Assembly (NCBI GenBank): GCA_965153455.1
Contig: OZ234493.1
Location: forward strand, 17,164,213 to 17,228,212
Length of the DNA stretch: 64,000 nt
Reading direction: 5' to 3'
Origin: Sphagnum compactum
Lineage: Eukaryota
The position numbers were made by a program, and so were the translations under genes. The notes beneath the pieces are model-generated. The model ran no database searches, had not been told where the DNA came from, and saw only the letters and a list, made by a program, of their open reading frames with translations. This document shows, in pieces, positions 38,653 through 51,434 of this stretch (its first letter is position 1; every line of letters starts with the position of its first letter).

Positions 38653-40990
38653 AATATTCGGCCTTCTGAAGACATGCTGCCACGGAGGTTGAGAACAACA
38701 TATTGGGAAATGGGCATGCCAGGCAAATCAGACTCTTCATCAACTCATTCTTCATCAAATGACTTGTCTCCTCATGATGAAGGTGTCTCTCAACCAGTTC
38801 AGGAAGCACCACTGCCTGCAAACCAAGAACAAGCAATGGATGACTTCATGGTTGACTGGTTTGGACTTGACATAGTTGATGATATGTCTAGCAACCCACA
38901 TGATGAAGGAGCCAATGCAGATGATCCACGTCATCAACATACTGCCCAGGCACAACGGCAGTGGCAAGAGGCGAAGGCACATGCTCAAACACCTATTTTT
39001 CAAGGTGCAAGGTTAAGCCGTTTAGCAGCCATACTGGGGTTGTTAAACATCCAAGCAAAACACAAGGCAAGCAATACTATGTTGTCAGACATTTTCCAAT
39101 TTTGTCATAGCCTCTTGCTACCTGAGGAAAATGTTTTGCCAGGATCTTGGAAGGAGGCTAAAAAGATCTTATCCTCCATAGGCATGGAGTATCAAATTGT
39201 CCATGCATTGTTAATGACTGCATGTTATTTCATGGGAACAATGCCCATTTAACGGAGTGCAATACATGTGAAGAGGCTCCATATGATCCTCAGATGCTTA
39301 CAGAGAAGGTGCCCAGGAAATCAGTAAGGTGGTTTCCCATTATTCCTCGCTTGCTGCACATGTATCGATGTACAGACTTGGCCGAGTTAATGGTTTGGCA
39401 TAAGGAACATCGATCAGAGCCTGGTGTTATGAGGTTACTGGTTGACTCTCCTGCTCACAAGCATGTGGAGTCAACATGGCCAGAGTTTGAGCGTGACCCT
39501 AGGCATGTGAGGTTGGGGTTAGCATCAGATGGTGTTAGTCCACATTCACTTGGAGGAAAGGGACGACCTACTTCTGTTTGGCCAGTTGTTGTCATGAATT
39601 ACAACCTTCCTCCGTGGTTGTCTATGAAAAAAGGATTTTTGCTGCTTTCTCTTATTATCCCAGGGCCAAGTAAGGTGAAAAACCTAGACACCTACTTAGC
39701 ACTAATGGTTGATGAGCTCAAAACATTGTGGGATGGAGTATGGGCATATGATGGGAGGAAGACCACTGGAGGAATACCACGTGTATTCAAGTTGAGGGCA
39801 ATCTGCATGTGGACAATGCATGATTATCCTGGTAAGAAATCATGCACATGCCTCTATATATTTCTTTATTATTCTGTTTTGTGATTATTTGTTGTTCTAA
39901 TATTCCGTTCTTCTACAATCAGGGTTTGGTTTTGTAAATGGGCTGCAAATTCAAGGCTACAAGGCCTGCTCTACATGTGGCCCAAGTTTCGAGGACATGG
40001 CTAAATACTCAAGCCATCTTCGCAAAGTTGTTTACCTTGGCCATACAAAGTTTCTTCCACTGGGACATGATATGAGATCAGATCCACTTTTATTTTCATC
40101 TTTTGACATGCCTTATGGTGATGAGCGTGATATTCCAGAAGCTACCACTTTTGCATATTGGAAGGATGTGGCCAATAGAGTTATTGACCCAAATGATTCT
40201 ATGGTGTTTGAGGGTAGTGGATTGACAAGGTGGGGTATACTCAACAGCTTGCCTTACTGGGGTGAGCTGAAAATACGTCATCTCTTGGACCCCATGCACA
40301 TTGAGGGAAATGTGGGAAAGGCTATCATAAAACAGCTCTATGGAGAGAAGGACAGTAACTTTAGGGAGGCCTGTGAGGATTTTGAGAGGCATCCCGATGT
40401 GTGGATTACTGTTGATCCTAACACAGGTATTGAGCAGTGACCATCAGCTCCATGGACACTTACTACACATGAAAGAAGAGACTTTCGAAATCGCATAGGA
40501 GAGATGCGATTCCTTACATGTTTGAACTTTGATGGCAAGGGTTGAATTTAGAAGTACTCTATTGCTTTTATTTATATTTAAATCTGTATGCCTTATACTG
40601 GAAAAAGAGTTTGAAGTATAGAATGTTATCTGTTGGATGTCTAGAATACTTTTGTATAATTTTATGGTACCTTGTTGCAGGTTATGGAGCTAATCTTCAA
40701 AAAGCTTTTGGTAGGGACGATGACCACAAGTGGCCAAGGTATCTCAAGACACATGACTATCATCGTTTACTGCAACACATATTGCCTGTGGCAATAATGG
40801 GCTTAGCTAGTGCAGAAGTACAAGATGCTCTTTGGTCATTGGGAAATCTGTTGAGATGGGTATGCTCAAAGGAGTTATTTGTAGAGGAGATTCCAAGAAT
40901 GAGGGTAATAGCAGCAGAGGTGGTATGCAAGTTGGAAAAGGCCTTCCCTCCACCATTATTTGATTGTCAAGTGCATTTACTAGTTCACCT
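38653..40990 (+). pseudogene. CACTA (En/Spm, Tnp2/TnpD family) transposase, disrupted and truncated
   Basis: Motifs HA(C)VNDCMLF (1-nt frameshift near 39208), WFPIIPRL, RHVRLGLASDG, WPVVVMNYNLPP, IIPGP, DELKTLWDG, MHDYPG, GYKACSTC, LDPMHIEGNV, LKTHDYH..LQHILP, FPPPLFDCQVHLLVHL. Introns 39832-39922 and about 40520-40680; TGA at 40438. Confidence 0.95.
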
Positions 40991-41579
40991 ATACATATGA
41001 TCTGGCCACTACACCCGTAAGGACGCAGGCTGGAGGCTGTTTGACCAGAAAAAAGGGGGTGTAGTGGCAAGCTTTTTTTACGTAGTGGCAGGCTGTTTTT
41101 GTTGACCTTTTTCACTTTTTGTTACTTTTTTTATTGCTTGTAACTTTTATAAGTTACTTTTTACTGTTGAAAGGGGTAACGTTTGTTACTTTTTGTTACT
41201 TTTTTACTGCTTGTAACTTTCATAAATTACTTTTTACTGAGCCAGGAGGGCCAGGGTTTATATTCTCTTCATTATGGGACGGGGGGAAAGGGTGCACCTT
41301 GATTTTTTTCCTTCATTTTTTTGACTGTTTAGGGGGAGGGAGGGGGTTGGAGGTTGATGTTTTTTTTTTTCCCTTCATTGAAAATATGGAAGGAGGAGGG
41401 GGGAAAGGGGTTAATTTAGGGGCTCTGGAAATGTTTTTTTCATTGTGGAGAGGCTAGGGAGGGGAAGGGGGTAATTTTTTTTACAAATTCATTATGGGAC
41501 AGGGGAAAGGGTGCACCGGGGGAAAGATTGACATGTGGAAGGAGGAAGGGAAAAGGGTTAATCTCTTTCTTAAATTTTC

Positions 41580-44148
41580 CATGGAAAATTTCATCATACA
41601 AGCTAAAACCCTTCCCTTAGGAGGCATTTTTGTCTTCATGTGGAACTCAAAAATGACTAACCAGATCTTATTTTTGGAACCCTTCTTCTTGTTGGTCCTA
41701 GCTTTGGCTGTGCTCCAGCCCAAATGCTTTCATCTTGTTCTTGTATGTTGGTGTTTACTTCACCATGTCCACAATCTGTAGAAACATGATTTCAACATTC
41801 CATATACGAGATTTTGCAATGTTGGGGGAATCCCCAGCCATCTACATTGCATCAGTTCTAAAGTACCTCTAAATCCAAATCCAGCAAATTGAATAGAGAG
41901 CATGACAATGTCTTTAATCCCAAACCCAAAATGAAGAACTGAATGGTGTCTACTGCTGCCCATCCGTCTCACCTTATTCTCTGGTTTCCCCCCATTTAGT
42001 TCACAATAGACAGTGAAAGCACTATGGATCCCTTCTGTTTGAAGCTACAAGTTGAAAGAGGCAATTACATACGTGCCTATATATATACTGGAGGTTTTCG
42101 TTCAAGTACTGGAATCCAAATAGAACAATCAACAAACCAACCAAAACTGTTCACAAATCCTGAGATCCAACTAGAGGCATGTATTGTCACTGAGAGAAGT
42201 AAGAACTGCCTGCTTGCCTTTGAATACCCAGAGGCGTCACAGCTAAACTCTGCAACAATTATGCTCTATAGCTGTGGCAACTCTGCACCTCAGCTAAACC
42301 CTCCCTCTGTTAAGAAGCTGAGCTTACCCAAATCTTTCTTGTTCCATTGGCCACATACTACTTATTCCTGTTCACTATGTGTCTGTCATCACACACCCTC
42401 TGGATTCCATGACAACAGAAATAAAATAATCTCTTCATAGAACTATTCTCAACATCATCTGTGCATCAATGCATTACCAAAAGTTTTGTGCTTTTCCATT
42501 ACTTGATGAAATCCATTTCCAATATTGAGCTGTTCATGTGACCTGTGTGCAGCCCCCCAGAATACATTCATAGACCATGAACATAATTCTCATGCAAGAA
42601 TTGTGACAACTTCTTAAATTGTCATAGTTTCGGATCACAAGACCACAAAAAGAAGCAGTTACACAATACAAAGGAGATAATGGATGTTGACCTTGAGATG
42701 ATTGAGTAGAGCATCTAAGGCTATTGTTGTTTTTTCTTGAAGGAAGATCATAGTATCAGAAGTGGAAGAGAAGGTAGGGAATTCATGCTGTGATAAATGA
42801 CAGGTTCCAGGCCAGGGTCCTTCACAAACACTACAGAAGGTGCTCGCTTCACTCCAACTCTGTCCACAACAACCCAGTCATCACCATATGTTTATTACTT
42901 TCTCTGTGCATACCAAGTAAGTGTGTAACTGCACATGCTGAAGGTGGTGCAGGACGTTATGAAGAAACAAGAGGAGAAGATTCCTGAGAGTTATAGAAAT
43001 CGGCTAAGTTCTGCAGTGTACAATAAAGAAAAGGAAAACGGAATGTGCTAGTGTAGACAAACAACTCGGTCTCCCAAAATGTGCTGTTCTGCTCCTACCA
43101 AAGCACCATAGCAAAGACTGCATAATCCCAGTATTGCTTAGTAGCCTGTCGAATGTATGGTGCTGCCCGTTCACCTGTGTTAGAAAATACTTTCACCTTC
43201 ACTTGCTCACAAAAGAAATTGTCATTACTGATGTAAGCAAGTTCTAGCTTTTTCTTGCCCTCATTTTCCTTCTTTATTAATTCTCCTTGTTCCCTCAGCC
43301 CTTGCAACTTTTCATGCATCAGCGGTACTATAAATTGAGCTCAATGCGGAAAAGTAGGGTTATCAAAATGGATTGAAATTAAGCACTGCACCTTGTGAGG
43401 ACCTGTTTTCTGGATGACATCTATCATCTGCATGTATCTCACCCAACAAATGATCAAGTAATCAGCTTGGATTCATGATTTGGGTTCACCACGGCAAGGC
43501 CATGATCCCCTTCCAGAAGCACTCTGCAATCAATTGTTGTGTGCATTCTCTAGACTGAGGATCCAAAAACCTGACTAATCAAAACTTCACATAAGTATAA
43601 AGTTTGCTGTTGCAAATTGAAGACAGAGGCAACAGAGGCAGCCTTGCAGAACTTCAACCACAAAACTATTGCTTAAATAATGGGTATTGTGGGTTACCAA
43701 GCCTTCAGCACCATAGTACAAGATGCGATGCAACTTGAGAAGGGATGTTGCCGCCCATTCCACCAAAGCATCCACTGTCTACTCCCCACAAATTTAAAAC
43801 CTGTAATTCACAAACCCTCTCCATCAGTCTTTTTCAAACTGCAGACTTCCAATTGTGATTTGGTCACCAGAAACTAAACATGTCGGAGTGTACCTAGTGA
43901 GACAGCCTAAGTGCCTGCAAGAAGGAGTAAACACAACAATCTCCGGAAGACCTGCACATCGAATGAAGCCCTCTTGATATTGTCTCCATGCCATCAGCAG
44001 TTCACAGTACCTTCTCATTTTCTTTCACACTAGGGCTTCAAATCTAGATACTTCTCCAGACACAGATGATTATTGCCAACTATTAAAAAAATCGTAATCA
44101 GAGTATAGTCCATGTTTTTGAAGCATCCAGACATTACTGACATGGACT
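41580..44148 (-). pseudogene. Unidentified degenerate spliced host-gene fragment
   Basis: Several exon-like blocks with GT/AG boundaries on the minus strand (e.g. tgcag|GTCTTCCGG near 43950; ...ALDALLNHLK|gtc near 42692), with many stops. Product not recognised. Confidence 0.35.
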
Positions 44149-44174
44149 GGGTTTAGGGTTTAGGGTTTAAGGGG
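44149..44174 (+). repeat. Short interstitial plant telomere-like tract
   Basis: GGGTTTAGGGTTTAGGGTTTAAGGGG. Confidence 0.75.
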
Positions 44175-47100
44175 TGTTCCCACCAAAATTAGGTTTTTTT
44201 TTTGGGGTTTTGAGGTGACGTACCCCCCCATTTTCAAGTGTTCTGAAGCCAATGGTGTGATAAAATTTTCATAATCTATCATCATTTGAAAGATATGGGG
44301 GGTATGAAATTTCAGGGGGGCCGGATTGATGAGGGCATAAAGGGTTAATTATGATACATGTTGAATGTTTTGAAGTGACCTACCCCCCCATTTTCAAGTG
44401 TTTTAAAGCTATTGGTGGAGTTATTTGGGCCTATACATATGATCCGGGCATTACGCTCGCGATGCCTGAGGCCTGAAGCCCTTTGACCACCAAAAATACA
44501 CAGTGGTGTTGAGGCCTTTTAGTGTAATGCTGAGGCCCCTTTTGTTGACTTTTTTCACTTTTTGTTACTTTTTTACTACTTGTAACTTTTTCAAATTACT
44601 TTTTACTATTGAAGGTTCAGTGTTTGTTACTTTTTGTTACTTTTTTTATTGCTTGTAACTTTCATAAATTACTTTTTTTACTGTTGAAAACGGCCAGGGG
44701 AATCATTTACTTATATTTCTTCATTGTTTAGGGGGAGGGGGTGCGCCTATACATATGATCTGTGCACTACGCTCGCAGTGCACGGGGCTGGGGGTTGTTT
44801 GACCACCAAAATGGTACTGTAGTGCGAGGCTATTTTTGTTGACCTTTTTCACTTTTTGTTACTTTTTGTTACTTTGTTTATTGCTCGTAACTTTTATAAG
44901 TTACTTTTTACTGTTGAAACAGAGGTAAGGTTTGTTACTTTTTTTACTGTTTGTAACTTTCATAAATTACTCTTTATTGTTGAGAAGGGCCAGGGTTTAT
45001 ATTGTATTCATTGTGCGAAGGGGGAAAGGGTACACCTTGATTTTTTTCCTTTTTTTTTTTTTACTGTTGAGGGGGAGGGGGATGGAGGTTAATGTTTTTT
45101 TTTGCTTTCATTTGACGTGTGGAAGGAAGAAGGGAAAGGGATGATTATTCAGGCTGTTCTAAATCAAATTGTCACAATAATCATGTATTATCGAAACAAA
45201 AATGTTATTTCATGCACTTTAGGTGCATGATTATTATTTTTGTTTAGAAAGGTACCTACCTAAATAAGCAATTCTAGTGCTCATGTGAAAAAATAATCAG
45301 ATATAGAGATGGGGTTTCATGGGTGCACCACCATATGGTGATAGTAGAAAGAAACTGCACATGTCTAATTAAGATCATTAGTGTTAGGTTTTCACCTTCT
45401 CCCAGGAGCAATTCTAGTGCTCATGTGAAAAATAACAATGTCTAATGTCTCAATTATTATTTATGTTGAAACATTGACAAAATTATGATCCTCACCAAAA
45501 AACATTATGCATAATTGGATAATGAATAATATGTCAAACAAGAATAATATTTCAAGCACTTCAGGTACTTGATAATTATTCATGTTGAATCATTTTGAAA
45601 TATCACAAAACTGATGTACATCTTAAACAAAAATAATATTTCATGCACTTCAGGTGCATGATTATTATTTTTGTTTAAAAGTTGCCTACCCCAAGAAATA
45701 ACTTTGGTGCCCATGTGGAAAACATACATGTTCACTCAAGGTGATGATTTCTTAGAAAAAAAGAAAAAAACAACATTTCAAACAAAAAATCAATAAGGAT
45801 ATTAATTTGATTCAAGGATGATAATGATCATCCTTTAAAACTTTTCAAATGACTCAATACAGAATTTTTTTGGAAAAACGCCATACCGTATTGATTCCCT
45901 CCTTGGTTTTTCATTGTACAATGAAGAACTTTATCTGCCCTGAACATGAAAATTGTTCCATTTCTTGTCTCAAATTTTACCTCAAATTCTGGCAAAACAA
46001 AACATTGCCATCGGGAGCCAATGAGACTGGTTGATATTACCTCAAAACATCGCCTATTGAGACCTCCTCACTCCTCTCCCGCTTTCCTTCCTTCCTTCCT
46101 TCCTTTAAAAACACGCACGAGCAAACACACATGAGCAGACAGACGCGGAAAACGAAACAAAAAAAATCCCCTCTTCCGCAACTAAGATCTGAGATTACAA
46201 TCTATTCCTATGATTTCAGTCAACCTGGAATAGAATTGAGAGATGGACCTGATGATGAGGTCATGGAGATTTCAGATCCAATACCATGCAAACGCAGAGG
46301 AAACTAGATAGAAAATAAAGAAGATTTGAGCAATTTGAACAATAACAAAAGTCACACACATGTTCAGTGACCTTCAACAGCAGCATCTATGGTAGTGACC
46401 AACTACCTTACAACCAGAAGAAAATGCCATTATCCTCCGATCACCATCTCCAGAGGACATACTAGTACTTCAAGCAAAGTTTAAGAGAATATTTTGAAGA
46501 GAACTGGTACTATAACCACCACATCTAGAGAAAACATTGGCACAGGATCTTACCTTGTTAAGATTATCTCCATAACGTGCACAACGTAGCACACAACAAC
46601 AAAAGAAACTCTCCCATTGCAATTACACCGGCAATTTTCAATGCAGCTTCTGCTACAGTTTTCAAGTAGGTAAAGAAGCATCCTAGAGAGGAAGAAAATA
46701 TTTTTCTCAGTAGTGTACCTGAGGAGAATGCACCAGTAGATGCTGCAAGCTTTGAAAGAGAGGCAGATCGCAATGCCGATGACCATATGTCTAAAATTGA
46801 CTCTACGGTTCCTGCTTGCAGGCCCTGAAATGACACCATGGTACACCGTCCGGCAACGACAGTTCCTTGTGTCTTCTCCATGGGTGCTTCCAAAGTTGTG
46901 TACACAATTCCAGTCCTGATGCAGCAGCTGGTTGTCACCATCTGTGCATCCACTTGCTGCAGCACCTATACATATGATCTGCGCACTACGCTCGCAGTGC
47001 GCGGGGCTGGGGGCTGTTTGACCACCAAAAAAGCACCGCAGTGCGGGGCTGTTTTCGTTGACCTTTTTCACTTTTTGTTACTTTTTGTTACTTTTTTTAC

Positions 47101-47987
47101 TGCTCATAACTTTTATAAGTTACTTTTTACTGCTGAAACAGAGGTAAAGTTTGTTACTTTTTTTAACTTTTTTTACTACTTGTAACTTTCATAAATTACT
47201 TTTTACTGGGCCAGGAAGGCCAGGGTTTATATTTTATTCATTGTGCGAGGGGGGAAAGGGGTGCACACCTCGATTTTTTTCCTTCTTTTTTTTTTACTTT
47301 TAAGGGGGGAGGGTGTGGAGGTTAATGTTTTCTTTTTCGTATACATATGAAAAGGTGGAAGGAGGAGGGGGGAAAGGGGTACATTTAAGGTAATCTGGAA
47401 ATGTTTTTCTTTCATTGTGGAGAGGCTAGGGAGGGGAAGGGGGTACTGTTTTATACAAAATCATTATGGGACGGGTGAAAGGGTGCATCGGGGGAAAGGG
47501 TGCAAGTTGATTTTTTTTATTCTGTTTTTTATTGTTGAGGGGGAGGGGGGTGGGGGTCAATGTTTTTTTTCCCCTATATATATATGAAAAGGTGGAAGGA
47601 GGAGGGGGGAAAGGGGTACATTGGGTTTTTCTGGAAATGTTTTGTTCATTGTGGAGAGGATAGGGAGGGGTTCACCGGGGGTTTAGGGTTTTTACAAATT
47701 CATTATGGGACAGGGGAAAGGGTGCACCTTGATTTTTTTTTCTTATTTTTTTTACTGTTGAAGGGGAGGGGGGGTGGAGGGTAATGTTTTTTTTTTCCTT
47801 CATTTGACATGTGGAAGGAGGAAGGGAAAGGGGTGTCTTTTTCTTTTTCTTTTTAAATGTTGTTTTTTCATCATGGAGTGGCTAGGGATAGGGGGTCAAA
47901 GGTCAAGGGAGGGGGTGCGCCTTTATTTATTTATTTTGATTTTTTGATGTGTTGAAGAGGAGGGGGCGGAGGTTGAGGTTTTTTTTG

Positions 47988-50780
47988 GTATTGATTTAGT
48001 AAATGATAATCAATATTGGACAATATTGATAAACAATGCTACTAAAGAATGTTCCACTAACCCAACTCACAAGGCGCACCTTATATGGTCAAACAAACAT
48101 ACAACTCCACTTATGGAATTACAAAACTCATGTAGAGAAGTTGTCATGTACTATAGGGTACTTGCGTGATGGTTTAGGACATGTTCCACCTTGGTTCAAA
48201 CCTATACATACAAATCTACTTTTTCACTTTTCGTAACAGTTTCCCCTTGCGTGCAAACAACCTATGCATATGATGTGAGCATTATAATCATAAGGTCGCA
48301 GGCTCAAGGCTGTTTGACCACAAAAAATCCAGTGCAATGCCAAGCTATGCATACGCTGTGTGCATTACGCTCACCCCATGCAGTGCAAGGTTGTATGCTC
48401 GCAGGTGGGATGCTGTTTAGGGTTGACTTTTTGTTATTGTTTATAGCTTTTGTAAATTACTTTTTACTTTTGAAAGGGGGCAACGTGTGTTATTTTAGGG
48501 TTTTTTTTTTTATTGTTCAAGGAGAGGGGGTGCACCTATACATATGTTCATCACAAACTTCTTTGTCAAACGTATTGGTATTGATATTGATTTAGTAAAT
48601 GATAATCACTATTGGACAATATTGATAAACAGTGCTACTAAAGAATGTTCCACTAACCCAATTCACAAGGCCCACCTAATATGGTCAAACAAGAATACAG
48701 CGGCACTTATGGAATTACAACACTTCATGTAGACAACTTCCTGTACCTATAGGGTACCTCTGTGATGGTGTAGGACATATTCCACCTTGGGTCAAACCTA
48801 TACATATGATTTTTTTTTCCTCACTTTTTGGAATAGTTCTCCCCTGCAGGCAAGCAGCCTGTGCATATGATGTGAGCCTTATAATTATAAGGTCGCAAGC
48901 TCAAGGCTGTTTGACCGCAAAAAATCCAGCGCAATGCCAAGCTATACATACGCTATGCTCATTACACTCACCCAATGCAGTGCAAGGCTAAAATCAATGT
49001 GGAAGGGATCAGAAAAACCTGTGGAAGGAGGAAGGGAAAGGGATGATTGTTTTTTCTTAAATTGTTTTTTTCATTGTTGAGTGGCTAGGGACTTGGGGTG
49101 AGGGGTTTTTTTTAATATGTTGAAGGGGGATGGGAGGGAGTTTTTTTTTTGTTTTAATTTTCGAATGTTGAAAAGGGATGGGAGGGGGGTGGAGGTTTAT
49201 GTATTTTTTTGCTTTCATTTGACGTGTGGAAGGAGGAAGGGAAAGGGATGATTTAAATTTTTATTTTTTTTCATTGTTTAAAATTAAATTTCCCCCGAAT
49301 GTCATCACTACCATCTACCAAAAAGGTTGTGAAGCCCTTTTAGACAGACACTTTAATTAATGTTAGCTTGACCATTTTTTAAACCAAATGCATTTGGAGT
49401 TAGATTTTGTGTATGAAACATTGAGGTGCTTGAGCATTGGAGGCCAATGGACCAACAAGAAAAAGGGAAGAACCCCAAGTTTGTTTGGGGGGGCCCAGCT
49501 CCTAGACTTTTGTTTTTTAACAAACAAGAATGTCGATTATGAAAAAACCAAGAAGGGTAAGGTTTAAGGGTCAGATTGTAAGCTTCTTGGATTGTCTCCA
49601 TTCCTTATTTCTTTTTATGGCGGTCTACGGTTTTTTTCTCCTTCAGATGTCTTCTGTTTCAAGTCCATCACAAAGTGGGGACCCCTTATTTGTATTGGTG
49701 TTATTTAAACACTTTCAGAACACTTCTCAAAATGTCCAAGGTTTTAATGCTTTGTTCATGTAAAATAGACATTGAAACAATTTAGATTGTAAAGACTTAA
49801 TTTTGGTATTGTTTAAATAATAAATGATGTAACACCGTATTTACATTGGTTTTTTGTTGTTTGACATGTTGTATTCACATGTTGTCGATATTGTAATGAT
49901 ATTGCATTAGTATTGTGATTGTATTGGATATGCACTTTTAATTGTAAACGACGCAATGTTGTTATAATATGGTTACAAACTCTATTCTTGTATCGATTCT
50001 CTATTATATTTATGTTGTCTATATTTTGAAAGGCTTAGTACTCATTTTTTTCCAACATCATATTTGCATTGCACATGCTTGGTTGAACGTAAGGGATGTA
50101 ATGTTGCAACAACATAGCTAAAAACTTAATATTCAATATTGACTCGATGTTTTATTCTTATTGTTTATGTTACTGTATATATGTCATAATCACACTTTCC
50201 CAACATTGTATTTGTATTGTTTTTGTGTTGTTGAAGGTAGGTGATGTAATGTTGCAACAACACAATTGCAAATTGTATATTCAAGAGTGAATCAATGTTG
50301 TATTCATGTTTATTGTGATGTTGCAAATGTGTTAGGGGCACAACACAACAAAATCATTTAGAAATTGCATATGCACCATTGGTAGCAAGAGGTACAATAT
50401 CGTAGCAACATGTTTACAAACTTTGTATTGGTATTGCTTTAGTAAATGATAATCAACATTGGATAGTATTGATAAACAGTGCTACTACAGGATGTTCACT
50501 GACCCAATTCACAAGGCACTCCTATACATGGTCAAACAAAAGTACAACTCCAGTTATGGGTTTAGGGTTCTTCATGTAGACAACTTCCTGTACCTACAAG
50601 GTAGCTCTGTGATGGTTTAGAGCATATTCCACCTTGGTTCAAACCTATACATATGATCTGTTTTTTTTAACTCCTTCAAACAGCCCCGCACCACACTCCA
50701 ACAACCCATACATATGATTTGTGCATTACACTCATAAGGTCGCAGGCTCAAGGCTGTTTGACCACAAAAAACCTATACAT
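47988..50780. repeat. Three dispersed copies of a ~350-400 bp module
   Basis: TATTG(A/C)TTTAGTAAATGATAATCA...CCCAA(C/T)TCACAAGGC...CCACCTTGG(T/G)TCAAACCTATACATA starting near 47988, 48583 and 50430. Confidence 0.85.
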
Positions 50781-51434
50781 ATGACGAGCTGTTTGAGCGT
50801 AGTGCGAAGCTGTTTTTTAAAATCTTTTTTTCACTTTTTGTTACTTTTATTATTATTTATAACTTTCATAAATTACTTTTTATTGTTGCGAAGGGCCAGG
50901 GTTTGTATTGTATTCATTCTGCGAGGGGGGAAAGGGTGCACCTTGATTTATTTCCTTCTTTTTTTTTTACTATTGAGGGGGGAGGGGGATGGAGGTTTAG
51001 GTTTTTTTTCCCCCTTCATTGGAAATGTGGAAGGAGCTTCTGCCCCAATATCTGATCCTCAAGAAAAAATATGTAGCTGCATCTGTGCATTAGCTTTTTG
51101 CTGGTGAAACAAGTGAGCTCTATGTTGCCTCCTTATGGTTTCTGTTGAAGTCTCATTGCACTTTGGTCTCCCTGGTCTTCATTTTTTTTTCGTCTTTATC
51201 TCCTTTTTTATATTATTCTTTTCCTCTTCTTACTGGATTTTTTTTTGGGGCCATATTTCCCAATTTTACCTCTTCTTTGCTTTGTTTATTTATTTATTTA
51301 TCATTTATCTTTTTTTTCCGTATTTTTTTCAATTTGTGCCAATGTCTTTCCTTTTATTCTTCTATCCTTTCCTTGGTTTCGTAAGAGGCATTGAACGAAT
51401 AATAATGTACAAGTACATGCAAGCTGGGAATAAT

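Larger units (their letters stand above)
33442..40987 (+). mobile_element. Autonomous-type CACTA transposon, 3'-truncated, carrying TnpA-like, SET and transposase genes
   Basis: Starts CACTACAACAAAAAAGGGG at 33442, followed by dense TCGCAA/TTGCGA subterminal repeats including a 140-bp tandem duplication (ACTTAGCGAATTGACTC at 33715 and 33855). Contains a CACTA transposase. Cut at 40988 by another repeat; no right TIR found. Confidence 0.9.
40988..51035 (-). mobile_element. Nested cluster of a hairpin-terminated, Helitron-like repeat family with interleaved gene fragments
   Basis: Terminal motif CCTATACATATG at 40988, 44430, 44746, 46965, 48535, 48797, 50644 and 50772. Several copies are followed by a GC-rich palindrome, GCTGTTTGACCA, TTGTTACTTTT arrays and G-rich tracts. 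No TIR or TSD seen. Confidence 0.6.

Noticed and set aside
41056-41086. GTGTAGTG/CGTAGTG as the right TIR of the large CACTA
   Set aside because: Matches only CACTAC, lacks the TAC TSD and subterminal repeats, and lies inside the inserted repeat family.
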